Virus record (IMG/VR): IMGVR_UViG_3300043409_001275
Span: 6,129 to 70,128 of that record
DNA from: a virus
Direction: 5' to 3' (one strand)
Length of the DNA: 64,000 bases
Shown here: positions 22,001-30,226 of the stretch, one piece after another
Layout: every line of letters begins with the position of its first letter
How positions within the stretch are numbered: position 1 is the stretch's first letter
Position numbers and translations under genes: made by a program
The notes under the pieces: generated by a model
What the model was told of the DNA's origin: nothing
The model's database searches: none
Seen by the model: the letters and a program-made list of their open reading frames with translations, nothing else

Positions 22001-24186
22001 AAGAATTTGTAAAAGAAAGAAAAGCAGCATTAGTAGCCGCAAAAGAAGCCTTGAAAAAATTAAGAAGTGGAGAGCAAGGATTAATGGTTTCTGCGCCGGG
22101 ATTAAATGAATTAGTTGCAATAGCGCCGCATATGAATAAATATGTTAAAAGTTTATTTGCAGAAGGTGTTTCTAAATTAGATGATATTGTTACAGAAGTA
22201 CATAAAGAGTTTTCTGAATTGGTTGATGGATTAACAAAAAGAGATGTATTAGATGTAATTGCCGGCAAGCATAATCTTAAAAAAAGAACAGCTGACGAAT
22301 TAAATGCAGGATTAAGACTATTGCGCAGAGAGGCTGAATTATTAGCATTATTAGAAAAAGCTAGGTTGGGAGAAGAAGAAGCTAAATCTGAAAGCCAAAT
22401 GGCGGAAAAGAGCAAAAGGGTGCAAGAGTTAGAAAGAAAGATAAAGGAAGTTAAAGCATTAAATAAAGCCAAAGAATTAGCAGAGGAAGGTGTTGAAGAA
22501 AAGTCGCCGACTATTGGTAAGGATGGAGTAGCTGATGCTGATTATAATCAAAAAAGACAAAAATATTTAGATAAAAAAATTAAAAAATTAGAAGACGATT
22601 TAAAAAATAAAAATTACGATAAAGAAGCAAAAGAAACTATAAAATATAAGGTTTCCGATAAAACCAAAAAAATGACAGATAGGGTTATTGAACTTGAAAA
22701 AGCAATTGCCCTAGAAAGATACAAAGACCAGACTAACAAATTAAGCAAATGGGAAAAAGCTTGGGATAAAATTCAAAGCGTATTGGGAATAAGGAGGATT
22801 GTTCAAACTGCTGTGGATGCTTCTATTTGGTTTAGACAATTGGCAAAGTTAACATTGAACCCTAGAAAGTGGGGGATTGCAAGGAAATTTATATTCGCAG
22901 GAGCGCAATCTGTATTTAGTCAGAAAAATTACGATAGATTAATGTACGGAATACATCAAGCACCTGATTTTGAAGAATCAGTTAAAGATGGCATTAGGTA
23001 CAATGAGCTAGATAGTATTGACCCTAAAAAGCAAAACGAAATGTTCCCTAAAAGTTTTGTATTTAAAATACCTATTTTAAGGGAATTAATAACCGCATCA
23101 CAAAGAATAGCGGATGCGTCTTTAAATGTCGCTCGATATGAATTGTATAATAAATACAAAAGGGAATTATTAAGAAAGGGAATAACTAGAGAAAGCGACC
23201 CTAATGAATACGAGCAGATGGCTAAACTTGTTATGAATAGTACGGGTAGCGGTAATATGCTTGAAATTTTAGAGTCAAGAAAGGCAGAAAAGGTTATGGG
23301 TTCTTTGTTTTACGGAGCTAGACTAATGGCTGCAAATATTAACACCCTGAATCCGGTTTATTATGTTAGAATGCCTAAAGAAGTTAGAAAAATGGCAATG
23401 AAGGATTTAGCATCATATACAACTACTGTAATAGCTACAACATTAGCTTTTGCCGCAGCAGGTGGTGCTGTATCAATGGACCCGGATGACCCTGAATTCT
23501 TGCAAGTTAGATTTAATGGTAAAGTTTATGACTTTACAGCAGGGCAAGCTGCTTACATTAGAACATTTTTGAGATGGGTTGAATTTGGTTATGCTAGAGC
23601 CGCTAAAAGTAAATTTGAAGCTAATGAAGCAGGGGCTTTTGCTTGGAGGTCAACTTTAAGCTTTTTTAGAAATAAATTAGCTCCAAATAATGCTTATTTA
23701 ATAAATGCGGCTACAGGTAAGAATTCTATAGGTCAAGATTTTGACCCAATGGAAATATTTCATGTATATCCAATGTATGCTGACGATGCTTATGAAGCTG
23801 CAAAAGAAGATGGCTTTGTATCGTTATTAACCGTGTTAATGCCAAATATTTTAGGAATAGGATATTCTAGTTATTATTCAGATAAGGCAATGAAGCCTAT
23901 GGATGAAGTAATAAATAGAGCGCAAAATAGCGATGAGTTAGACCCCGAATCGGTAAAAAAGGGAATTACTAAAAAAGAGTTCGAAGAATTTGCTAAATTG
24001 CGTGATAAATTAATTGCAGAAAAAATTGCCGAATTGTATCAAGAAGGTGTATATGATGCGGAAACACAAGAATATGTGCCAATCAAAAAATCAACACCAG
24101 AAAATATTACAGCGGCTATTATGCAAGCAAAGTCAGCTGCAACAAAAGAAGCTAAATCTGAATTTAATGCCGATGATGAAGAATAA
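13030..24186 (+). CDS. Giant polyvalent virion-associated protein (ParB-like domain, two zincin HExxH domains, LRR cassette, coiled coils)
   Basis: 3718 aa; EDGNHR at about 15775; HEVAH at 17209-17223; HEAGH at 20656-20670; 24 LRRs; hydrophobic Gly/Ala segments near both ends. Confidence 0.75.
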   Translation: MPEEQNNPFAEFGGEVVKKEANPFAEFGGELKKKDQPTRSGYSVTPLPSQDKFDIGEEVATIGYKSPIGKAIQKDKIKGSNVAGVYNTLVGSLSSIVGGGVYMADILGAQPSMPLSVRIANADADRKKAVSFIEQARSSRSSKEFEQQQSEFDVTPKEGGGLFSGVDFEDVRGLAFQAPKTLLEMAAGAYSGGLTFAQQSINDNAKELEESGEGKKLTDVQKVGYLFTQAAAQAALEKFSIDKILKNTGLAKSIQKKITAEVIEGFAQKGIKATAKEVQDEMVKKAAKLSTKLKNVGIKGVESAFVEGSTEGIQQAASDAIKVATNKIAEKEVFNEEDINKNFWKNVVNNAVMGAAMGGATGAGLQGLNSTDKAIRQEIANATGEKKFYVDDKEVTEKEFGQSTGNKKVTTDLQNIQDQINKQVEEGNLTPEEAEAANITAQQYAEIAGKIPTTVSKEDKYKIIGGISQRNQLQEDLQKAREEMMQVDPIFRKEKQDQIDLIQAKIDETGDYLEGLATGKKPRYIKRDGRKGEETTYYKVDENGDKTPISQARYDLAKAIKKEDSRKKAPVDENRRRRVEQFDILYGVKSNNPEFDFPNSFEEFNKKIDSDPNYLSDLYKRAKKYKETGEIAEDEMGTEASFIEAINPPVEKDITIGEIVDKKGTYKDQKGTFLQEGDNVVFENEASGEKYEIGKVSEIQEKPASEFDIKYDESLVSIDDKGNISVREKPYINRYSNPLKAINKDENGNIVSVNLETADGKKRTFKGSIAEDIAYQINLKEKSKEAPKVEPKAEQVVEKPVQVVKPVKPVVEVKEEVKPFEELVNLIPTADLKRPNGSIGTQGFTEENIINVARFIASETGFDIPIFDKNLGTSKIKQVIEYLKNNKEAQQKIKEYVIKDPVVTSLLPDGTYEIEDGNHRANLLNLIGVDAIPTIELSGRDKQTAINEHNAKVEAIEKSLPTKEEPTEVKEQVKPTKVEEIKTKIKSKLKSFKERFAPVKKTSTKGEKIAEAKDVYKKVKEMDAPSDGAEVGLRYLADGGIVSQAVVDEIAGTTANVRATLNTGRKVKTKSEESKSRDYVSGNESLDDLVHRLWEVNKQRIDIDDIKEALMDEIGNNNTRFDAAKAYLERYSPEYTQKSYEDRMSEQMQAEEEEFRRKLEEEGLEEAPFAVREATTEDIESMQEIVADYVKDGVTALDDIKREVAKELGYNTKALRQIVEDAYNRYTTTTEVAPAEVLGAIADRVGNKMKQMFGKAAQAPVILNDANSMLDKAVELGASGEVIEFQKEQAKQQKGASISDKTAIDELRSKTEDKAKISIIDAAEKMITTLKSVLPNFDIVIHGSNESYNAAMKDAEIDGVVGGVGNFSYSKKKGEYSGRIDINLNRANNKTLAHEVAHGVMLKAFGDNPKLFKEFREKIASVLNESDNQTLIDFADRATYAKNDTYEEYLAELTAMLAEQETKLSTSTFQKIAAIINDIIEKITNGAFKPFKDIKKTKQVVDFFNDISESIRKGEAIKIENIKTAEELKKQAKLELEDFERIATESIADIARMFGMDLGNPVASKAQVPVEKLPRPVINGFDVLKKKFGETAAKAIRSKIQIAINYPTEFIDFITAKIPIKEDVSFIVDKMGDNLDGLFRIAIQKNSEAADAKGKTPEELSKEAGYVFYKPKSNDDLIVFKKDFKEFEVLCTFNDPSRINNNVIFWLRRNNAETVLHAREVTQEYLKEESEGAILWRDYLDKKGLKKDDGSYDLSNLDPRREDPYGTSSMSVQIGRTGTGPDRLPIGKPSIKNRYNHRVDAPDETFDSNLDNIISGLEKAVYSIEGVPERRNEIGRQPSLPDYIHKDNQGRLFKYDQQINGVYISKNGYYDGNLHIIDKSTQKIVDDYLIDSKNKTANSLVGTRSILTDINKISFDKNTIKIQSDKGSLNLELVDGVLDKISGDIARLENSFMFYNKSLTSIDLPSVKSIGNDFLYSNETLRSVNLPLVERIGDEFLNRNIALENIDLPLVSIIGTQFLNRNVSLENVNMPSAVIIGDDFLKYNEILENLDLPSVQMVGYNFLYNNKYLKSANLPNIRVVSEAFLSKNQSLKNIDFPLLVKVPSSFLSQNENIEEVNLPLVTEIGSNFLGNNKYLKKLNLPLVKSIESEFLPLNNILEEINLPLVEKIGSEFLLYNESLTTISLPSVKNIGSRFMKSSVLTSINLPLVEGIDREFLEDNRRLESINLPSAELIGNDFLSRNQYIKSVELPLVKYVGNRFLSNARELINIKLPSVKIIGDKFLYVNKFLTNIDLPLVNAIGEDFLYNNESLSSIKLPLVDIIGSDFLHNNKSLTSLDLPLVTKIGYDFLFENKSLAKINLPSVINISSSFLKYNEALTSIDLPLVESIGNQFLFFNESLENINLPNVLYIRNDFLYSNESFLKTLKLPKVVGIGSDFLHYNNSLTTLELPKVERIDDDFLFNNMSLENLELPSIKIFSPNGFFSKNKVLANKIALASMESAEVRSKAQMPMFMANQNGEDILGFSYDNRMYLNGEKLNPNTIIHEAGHIWTEWIKNNDTKLYDKGMELVEKSPYLQKAKNSKFYQEQADKLATEEQREAYFKHEALAMAIGDKGAQFVLESKKESFQDWLKTLWTKIKNLTGFKDLTAEEFQNLTFDQFSKMAVKEILGTEGAVDKLNAIKSFRNKKKFIKDNLKYESNKNAIDELDFTEEDFIEIAKSNFDLSTFKNIKDAVQKRSTKKVLQPKQGEDGEARGGRRRVEPRVEGERIADEEGETTQPEGITQIPEEIQNVGLENQDIDYVRITKAELGKLRESLGLPAYKGLPIENREMLREAAQEMIKKGVSVESLYDKIRRGDVLSNYENAFMAEYRAALDVELKNNPSQELLKKIAEFADIFQQGASLAGKALESLKIMKKLNEANTLSNFLLTRQEDKGFPLTPKMMVEETAKFEKVQKAKKELKESVENDIINQVKTEAENELKKEGKAKVKKSHEEFVKERKAALVAAKEALKKLRSGEQGLMVSAPGLNELVAIAPHMNKYVKSLFAEGVSKLDDIVTEVHKEFSELVDGLTKRDVLDVIAGKHNLKKRTADELNAGLRLLRREAELLALLEKARLGEEEAKSESQMAEKSKRVQELERKIKEVKALNKAKELAEEGVEEKSPTIGKDGVADADYNQKRQKYLDKKIKKLEDDLKNKNYDKEAKETIKYKVSDKTKKMTDRVIELEKAIALERYKDQTNKLSKWEKAWDKIQSVLGIRRIVQTAVDASIWFRQLAKLTLNPRKWGIARKFIFAGAQSVFSQKNYDRLMYGIHQAPDFEESVKDGIRYNELDSIDPKKQNEMFPKSFVFKIPILRELITASQRIADASLNVARYELYNKYKRELLRKGITRESDPNEYEQMAKLVMNSTGSGNMLEILESRKAEKVMGSLFYGARLMAANINTLNPVYYVRMPKEVRKMAMKDLASYTTTVIATTLAFAAAGGAVSMDPDDPEFLQVRFNGKVYDFTAGQAAYIRTFLRWVEFGYARAAKSKFEANEAGAFAWRSTLSFFRNKLAPNNAYLINAATGKNSIGQDFDPMEIFHVYPMYADDAYEAAKEDGFVSLLTVLMPNILGIGYSSYYSDKAMKPMDEVINRAQNSDELDPESVKKGITKKEFEEFAKLRDKLIAEKIAELYQEGVYDAETQEYVPIKKSTPENITAAIMQAKSAATKEAKSEFNADDEE
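13048..13119 (+). repeat. 27-nt direct repeat encoding NPFAEFGGE twice
   Basis: AATCCGTTTGCAGAATTTGGTGGGGAA at 13048-13074 and 13093-13119. Confidence 0.9.
18871..20460 (+). repeat. About 24 BspA-type leucine-rich repeats of 22 aa
   Basis: Consensus LxxIxLPxVxxIGxxFLxxNxx; 24 LP/MP/FP anchors counted. Confidence 0.9.
21218..21400 (+). CDS. Small basic protein nested in an alternative frame of the giant gene
   Basis: MPYKSEAQRKYF...VDEW...SKGKELP resembles a recurrent small phage protein type (MPFKSxAQR); A-rich context before the ATG. Confidence 0.6.
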   Translation: MPYKSEAQRKYFNQNKEKMEKQGVDVDEWNQESKGKELPMKKAKPHSPKVLRKSQKKFKM

Positions 24187-24199
24187 CTAAAAACAAAAC

Positions 24200-24511
24200 A
24201 TGGAAACATTAGAAGAACTAAAACACAAACTTTCACTTTATGAACAAAATGGCGCAGCCAAATTATTTTACGCTTTAAATAGGAAAGCGAATGAGATGGC
24301 TGACTTATTGAATAAAACCAATATAAGTCATTTGTTACTTGACGACCCTAAAGACAAAACATTTGAAAGACTAAAAGTTATCTGGAATGACAGCGCTAGT
24401 ATTTCCGCAGCTATAAAAGAGTTGGGAATTTCGGCGGGTGTTACCGGAGATGAGCAGAAAGATATAGTCAAAAAACCATTTGTTGAAACTATAGCAGAGT
24501 CAAGAAAATAA
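24200..24511 (+). CDS. Probable terminase small subunit
   Basis: 103-aa helical ORF coupled to terL by a TAATG overlap. Confidence 0.5.
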   Translation: METLEELKHKLSLYEQNGAAKLFYALNRKANEMADLLNKTNISHLLLDDPKDKTFERLKVIWNDSASISAAIKELGISAGVTGDEQKDIVKKPFVETIAESRK

Positions 24512-26559
24512 TGTTTGATAAAATAAAAATATACGGGGTAGAAATTAATCTACCTCCCGTCCCTGATGAGGTTGAGAATTGGGGAACTGATATTGCTAGT
24601 GAGCAGTATTGGAGAAGAAAAGAATTGCCTAAATTTTTTGAATCGGTAGAATACGATAAAGAAGGTAATGCGCTATTGGATTTAGAGCAATCTGATTTTG
24701 CAGCAAGAGAGGTAGATAGATGTAGAAAGGGGTTTTGGTTTTATAATAATGGAGTGCCAACTTTTCTTACAGGTAAACACTATTTTTATCTTCAATGGTG
24801 GAAGCTAGAGGATGATATTTATGGTGATTTCAGGGATGCAGATAGGCGTTATTTTTTGTTTCTAGACCATTGGGAAAAGACTCCTTGGTGTCTAGGTGTT
24901 GTTAGAGGTAAAAAGCGTAGAGAGGGCGCAACATCGCAAGCAACATCAAATATCGTTTATGAGTGTATCTTTTATAAAAATAGCTTTTGCGGATTAACAA
25001 GCAAAACGCAGATAGATGCCAAGGCTGCATTTACAAATATGATTTCTTTTGGGTATAGGCAGTTGCCCGTGTTCTTAAAGCCAAAGCAATTAAACAACAA
25101 AGACAGCGTAAGTGAACTTGTATTTGCGCATAAGTCTGTAGAGGTAAAAGGTGGAAAAGGAAGTACAATTGACACTGATACCGGACATAGGTCTAAAATT
25201 GATTACAGAGCGCCTTCCTTGAACTCTTATGATTCTGGCAGGTTAAGTCGTGGCTTATTTGATGAAGGCGGAAAATGGGCAAAAGAAAACCCATTCTCGA
25301 CATTTATATCAATTGTAAGCAAGACACTTGTAAAGGGTGCTAAAAGGGTGGGATTTATAGAATGTCCATCAACATCCAATTCAATGACTAGTGGGGGAGA
25401 GGAATTTAAGATTGTTTGGGATAATGCAGACCATACTAAATACCCAAAAACTCCTAATAGACTTGCTAAATACTTTTCTCCGGCTTATGACGGGTATTTG
25501 GGTTTTATAGATAGATACGGGATGAGTGTTATTGACCCGCCAAACGAAGAACAATATAAATTTTTAGTTGATAATTATGTAGGAGCAGGTGACCTGAATG
25601 AAGAAGATATTAAACTAGGCGCAAAAGAATATTTAAAAGAAAAAAGAAATATTTTAGAAGGCGTACAATTAGAGGAGGAGATAAGGATGAACCCTTTTGA
25701 TGAAAGGGAGATGTTTATGCTTCGGAATAATAATTGTCATTTTGATGCTGTATTACTTAACGATTTGTATGAAATATCTAAAATAAACGAAAAGGAGGTA
25801 TTGGAATATGGCAATTGGATGTGGAAAGATGGCAAACCTTTTACAGAGGCTGAATGGCATCCTACGACAAAAGAAAATGGTAGATGGACTATAGCTAAAA
25901 ACTTTAAGCGACCTGAAGGTGAAACATATATAACTAGAGGGTCTTTGTTTTTGCCTAAAAATCCTGTTCAGTTTATTATGGGATGTGACCCCTTTCAGAA
26001 TTCAGTTGTGGAATATGGCGAAGGTTCTAAAGCCACAAGCTTGGTACTAAATAGATATGATATAGGCAACAATGACCCCGTGTATAACATGATGTTTGTT
26101 AGCAAGTATCACGCAAGACCTAGAATGGTAGAGTTATTCCATATGGATATGGTTTTACAATGTTTTGCTTACGGCGGACAGATATTGATAGAAGCTAAAA
26201 TGGATGGCGGTTTGCGTAAGTTCTTTATAGATAATAATTGCGAAGCCTTTCTAATGAGATTGCCCGATAAATCAAATTATGGTATTGACCCTAATGCTGA
26301 TAATAAAGCACTTATGGTAAACCTATGGGAGCAGTATATCTTAACACATGGCAAAGAAGGTAAATTGATATATCCGGAATTAATAGATGATAAATATGAT
26401 GGGCTTCTTAAATTCAATGTGAATGAAACCGAAGTAAGTGACCTTGTAATGGGAGGCGGGTGGACGCTTGTTGCTGATTATTTTAAACGAGCAATTTTTA
26501 AGAAATCAGAAGATAGAATTAAAATCACAGACTTTTTTAAACAAACAAAAATAGCATAA
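24511..26559 (+). CDS. terL: Terminase large subunit
   Basis: FLTGKHYFYLQ, KKRREGATS (Walker A variant), LFDEGGK (Walker B), MGCDPF nuclease motif. Confidence 0.9.
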   Translation: MFDKIKIYGVEINLPPVPDEVENWGTDIASEQYWRRKELPKFFESVEYDKEGNALLDLEQSDFAAREVDRCRKGFWFYNNGVPTFLTGKHYFYLQWWKLEDDIYGDFRDADRRYFLFLDHWEKTPWCLGVVRGKKRREGATSQATSNIVYECIFYKNSFCGLTSKTQIDAKAAFTNMISFGYRQLPVFLKPKQLNNKDSVSELVFAHKSVEVKGGKGSTIDTDTGHRSKIDYRAPSLNSYDSGRLSRGLFDEGGKWAKENPFSTFISIVSKTLVKGAKRVGFIECPSTSNSMTSGGEEFKIVWDNADHTKYPKTPNRLAKYFSPAYDGYLGFIDRYGMSVIDPPNEEQYKFLVDNYVGAGDLNEEDIKLGAKEYLKEKRNILEGVQLEEEIRMNPFDEREMFMLRNNNCHFDAVLLNDLYEISKINEKEVLEYGNWMWKDGKPFTEAEWHPTTKENGRWTIAKNFKRPEGETYITRGSLFLPKNPVQFIMGCDPFQNSVVEYGEGSKATSLVLNRYDIGNNDPVYNMMFVSKYHARPRMVELFHMDMVLQCFAYGGQILIEAKMDGGLRKFFIDNNCEAFLMRLPDKSNYGIDPNADNKALMVNLWEQYILTHGKEGKLIYPELIDDKYDGLLKFNVNETEVSDLVMGGGWTLVADYFKRAIFKKSEDRIKITDFFKQTKIA

Positions 26560-27185
26560 TGGCTTGGACAGACTTTTTTACGAAAATATTCGTTATAAAT
26601 TTACCCGAAAGGACTGATAGGTTATTAGATATAGCCGGCGAATTAGATAAATGGAGTATTCCGTATGAGCTAGTTAATGCTATTAAGCATGAAAAAGGAG
26701 CAGAAGGACTACGCCTTACAGTGCAGGGTATATTTGAAAAAGCTGTTGAAAATAAATGGGATTCAGTATTAATTTTTGAAGATGACGCAATGTTTGTTGA
26801 ATCGTGTGGCAATCCTAATGAAACAATGGAAAAGGTAGTAAAACAACTACCCGAAGCTTGGCATATATTACTATTAGGGGCGCAGGTTACTGGTGGTTTT
26901 AGAGCAAGAACATCCCCTAATTTATTAAGAGTAGAAAAGGCTTTCGCTACCCACGCTTGGGCTTTGTCATTGCAAGGGATGAAAGAAATATTAATTCAGG
27001 GCTTATACGCTCCGATAGATAATTGCATCGTTGAAAAAATACAACCTATGCAGCAAACTTACATAACATATCCGTTACTTTGCACGCAGAAGGAAGGAAT
27101 GTCTGATATAGGCGGTCAATTTATAGATTGGCGACCATTCATAGAAAATAGATACTATCAAAAACTAGGAGAAATACAACCATGA
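26559..27185 (+). CDS. Glycosyltransferase family 25-like
   Basis: IFVINLPERTDR, VLIFEDDA and THAWAL motifs. Confidence 0.85.
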   Translation: MAWTDFFTKIFVINLPERTDRLLDIAGELDKWSIPYELVNAIKHEKGAEGLRLTVQGIFEKAVENKWDSVLIFEDDAMFVESCGNPNETMEKVVKQLPEAWHILLLGAQVTGGFRARTSPNLLRVEKAFATHAWALSLQGMKEILIQGLYAPIDNCIVEKIQPMQQTYITYPLLCTQKEGMSDIGGQFIDWRPFIENRYYQKLGEIQP

Positions 27186-27877
27186 GAACATTATCAATCT
27201 GCGTACCTACTTGGAATAGAGTAGAAATGACATTAAATAGTTTTAAGGAAGTTTACAATGATGATAGGGTAGAAGCTATTGTTATCGTAGATGATGCAAG
27301 CGATGAGCATATTTATAACAAATTAAAAGAAGAGTGCGATAAATTATCTAAAGTTAAATTATATAGAAATTTGACTAATAGAGATTGTTATGCTAATAAG
27401 TATGTTTCTATTAGCTTATCCCCTACCAACTATTGCATTATATTAGACTCTGATAATCAAATAGATACACTATATCTTGATAAGATTTTTGAACAAGAAT
27501 GGGCGGAAGATATGATTTTAGCTCCAGATTGGGCAAAACCAACATTTAATTATACAGAGTATTCAAATTTAATAGTCAGCAAAGACAACTTAAAAGAATA
27601 TATAGATAAGCCAATGTTTGAAACTTGCTTAAATTGTATGAATTATTTTGTAAACAAAAATGCTTATTGTGATGTTTGGGATGCTACAACAGACCCCGTA
27701 ACAAGTGATAGCTTATTCCAAAATTATAATTGGCTAATGTCAGGTAAGTATATTCATATTGTTCACGGGTTAAGGTATAATCATTTGGTTCACAATCAAT
27801 CTCATTATATAAATAATGTTCAAAGAACAGGTGATTTTAGAGAAATATTATTAGAAAAGATTAGGAAATTAAATTAA
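27182..27877 (+). CDS. Glycosyltransferase family 2 (GT-A fold)
   Basis: SICVPTWNR, IVIVDDASD and ILDSDN motifs. Confidence 0.88.
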   Translation: MRTLSICVPTWNRVEMTLNSFKEVYNDDRVEAIVIVDDASDEHIYNKLKEECDKLSKVKLYRNLTNRDCYANKYVSISLSPTNYCIILDSDNQIDTLYLDKIFEQEWAEDMILAPDWAKPTFNYTEYSNLIVSKDNLKEYIDKPMFETCLNCMNYFVNKNAYCDVWDATTDPVTSDSLFQNYNWLMSGKYIHIVHGLRYNHLVHNQSHYINNVQRTGDFREILLEKIRKLN

Positions 27878-27894
27878 ATTAATTAATTTTACTT

Positions 27895-28632
27895 ATGGTA
27901 TCTTTTACAAATGCGGGAAGAATGGGTAATTTTTTATTTGAATGTGCGACAGCCATAGCTTATGCTATAAAACATGATTTAGAATTTACAGTCCCATTAG
28001 AAACAAGCAATCCAAAATGGAGTCCTATTTATTGTCATCATTTAATTGATAATACATATAATCCAAGTTTAGAGAAAATACAATTATGGGAAGGTAAGCA
28101 CTCTTACGAGGAGTTGCCATTTGAAGAATCTTGGAGAGATAAAAATATTATTGTAGAGGGATACCGACAAACTGCAAAATATTTTGATGAATACAGAAGT
28201 GAGATTTTATATTTATTAAAATTTGATTGGGTAAAGAAAGAAGGATATGTCGCAGTTCATGTGAGAAGAGGGGATTATGTTGAATTAAGACAAAAGCATC
28301 CAGAGGTAACGGTAGAATGGTACGAGAAGGCAATGGCTATGTTTCCTGATTGTAAATTTAAGTTTTTTTCAGATGATATAGCTTGGTGTCAAAAAAAGTT
28401 TGCTCATAGAAATGATTGCGAATACTCTGGAAACGCAGATGAACAAAGTGATTTAATAGAAATGAGTTGGTGTGAGCATCAAATATGTAGCCCGTCTACA
28501 TTTAGTTGGTGGGGAGCTTACTTAAACAGAAACGAAAATAAAAAAGTAATATTCCCGCAATTTTGGTTTAGCGAAGGATGGTGCGGATTAGATACAAGTG
28601 ATATTGTAAAACCTGAATGGATAAAATTATGA
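27895..28632 (+). CDS. Glycosyltransferase family 11 (alpha-1,2-fucosyltransferase-like)
   Basis: GRMGNFLF, GYRQ, VHVRRGDY, FSDDIAWC and STFSWWGAYL motifs. Confidence 0.92.
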   Translation: MVSFTNAGRMGNFLFECATAIAYAIKHDLEFTVPLETSNPKWSPIYCHHLIDNTYNPSLEKIQLWEGKHSYEELPFEESWRDKNIIVEGYRQTAKYFDEYRSEILYLLKFDWVKKEGYVAVHVRRGDYVELRQKHPEVTVEWYEKAMAMFPDCKFKFFSDDIAWCQKKFAHRNDCEYSGNADEQSDLIEMSWCEHQICSPSTFSWWGAYLNRNENKKVIFPQFWFSEGWCGLDTSDIVKPEWIKL

Positions 28633-29216
28633 GTGAATTAATTATGTTTGATTTTCAGCATTTCTACCAAAGAATTGCAAAAGAGCTTCCTGACGATTGC
28701 AAAGTTTGTGAAGTTGGTGTTGCTAATGGCGATAGTGCCATTTATTTAGCACAAGAGATAAACCGACTTGGTAAAAAGTTTAAGCTGTATATGGTTGATA
28801 ATATGGATTATGGTGGTTATTTGCAAATGAAAACTATATACCAAAACATTATAAAAAGCGGATTGGGGGAGTTTATTGAAGTAGTTCCATTTGAAAGTTT
28901 AGAGGCTGTAAAATTATTTAATGATGGTTATCTTGATTTTTGTTACATTGATTCGTCACATACTTACGAGGAAACTAAAAAAGAAATAAAAGCTTGGTAT
29001 CCAAAGGTAAAAGATGAAAACATATTAGCAGGGCATGATTACAATGCTCCTGAAGTAATGAGAGCGGTTGACGAAGTAGTTCCTAAAGTTTTTTTAAGAG
29101 ATGAATTAGATGGGCAAACTTTTAATCCCGAAGATATTTTACATTCAGAAGATACTTTGAATAATTGGGGATTATGGTGGTTTAAGAAACAATGGTATTT
29201 AAAATTAAATAAATAA
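28629..29216 (+). CDS. Class I SAM-dependent methyltransferase (Methyltransf_24-like); start at the ATGA overlap
   Basis: EVGVANGDS, YIDSSHTYE and LAGHDY motifs. Confidence 0.85.
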   Translation: MSELIMFDFQHFYQRIAKELPDDCKVCEVGVANGDSAIYLAQEINRLGKKFKLYMVDNMDYGGYLQMKTIYQNIIKSGLGEFIEVVPFESLEAVKLFNDGYLDFCYIDSSHTYEETKKEIKAWYPKVKDENILAGHDYNAPEVMRAVDEVVPKVFLRDELDGQTFNPEDILHSEDTLNNWGLWWFKKQWYLKLNK

Positions 29217-29218
29217 TT

Positions 29219-30226
29219 ATGAAAACAGCATGTGTATTAGGCGGACACGGAATGATAGGTATGCAACTTGTAAACAGACTAAAGAAAGAAGGGGTTTGGG
29301 TGCGTTCGGTAGATATTAAGTTTCCTGAATTTTCGGAATCAAATGCAAACGATGTTTTAATAGCCGACTTAAGAAACATAAGCGAAGTTTCAAAAGCATT
29401 GTATGCCCCAAATCAAACTAGTATTTTTGACAAGGTTGGTAGTTTTGATGAGGTTTATATGTTAGCCGCTCAAATGGGTGGCGCTTTATATGTATTTACG
29501 GGAGATAATGATGCTGATATTATATACGATTCAACTATAATGAACTTGAATGTAGCAAAAAAAGCGTCAGAATTTGGTGTAAAGAAATTATTCTTTTCTT
29601 CTAGTGCTTGCGCTTATTCGGAAAGATTACAAGAGGATTTGAATAGCGCATCTTTAAAAGAAAACACAGCTTGGGATGGTAAGCCTGATAGTGTTTATGG
29701 TATAGAAAAGCTAATATCAGAGCAGGTTTACGATTCATTTAGAAGGAATAAAGGTTTAGATATTAGAATAGGTAGATTTCACAATATATTTTCTCCAGAA
29801 TGTACATACACAGGCGGCAGAGAAAAAGCTCCGGCAGCTGTTTGTAGAAAAGTTGCAGAAGCGGATACCGAAATAGAAATATTTGGAGATGGATTGCAGC
29901 AAAGAAGTTTTTTATATATTGATGAATGTTTAGATGGTATTAGAAAATTAATGGATAGCGAATATGTTTATCCGGTAAATATCGGCTCTGATGAAATGAT
30001 TTCTATTAACGATTTGGCTAAAATGGTTATTGAAATATCTGGTAAAAAATTATCAATTAAAAATGTACCATCAAACGCATTAGGCGTTAGAGGTAGAAAC
30101 TCTAACAATGAATTGATACATGAAGTAACGAGTTGGCGACCTACTCAATCTTTGAAAACAGGAATGGAGAAATTATACCATTGGGTAAGTGCAGAAGTAA
30201 ATCAATATAAAAGCAAAGGCATATGA
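29219..30226 (+). CDS. NAD-dependent epimerase, GDP-mannose 3,5-epimerase-like
   Basis: GGHGMIG, LAAQMGG, SSSACAY, YGIEK, GGREKAPAAVCRK and GVRGRNSNN motifs. Confidence 0.88.
   Translation: MKTACVLGGHGMIGMQLVNRLKKEGVWVRSVDIKFPEFSESNANDVLIADLRNISEVSKALYAPNQTSIFDKVGSFDEVYMLAAQMGGALYVFTGDNDADIIYDSTIMNLNVAKKASEFGVKKLFFSSSACAYSERLQEDLNSASLKENTAWDGKPDSVYGIEKLISEQVYDSFRRNKGLDIRIGRFHNIFSPECTYTGGREKAPAAVCRKVAEADTEIEIFGDGLQQRSFLYIDECLDGIRKLMDSEYVYPVNIGSDEMISINDLAKMVIEISGKKLSIKNVPSNALGVRGRNSNNELIHEVTSWRPTQSLKTGMEKLYHWVSAEVNQYKSKGI

Noticed and set aside
14868-23159. Multiple antisense ORFs within the giant gene
   Set aside because: Ser/Phe/Leu-rich mirror translations of a Lys/Glu-rich sense frame
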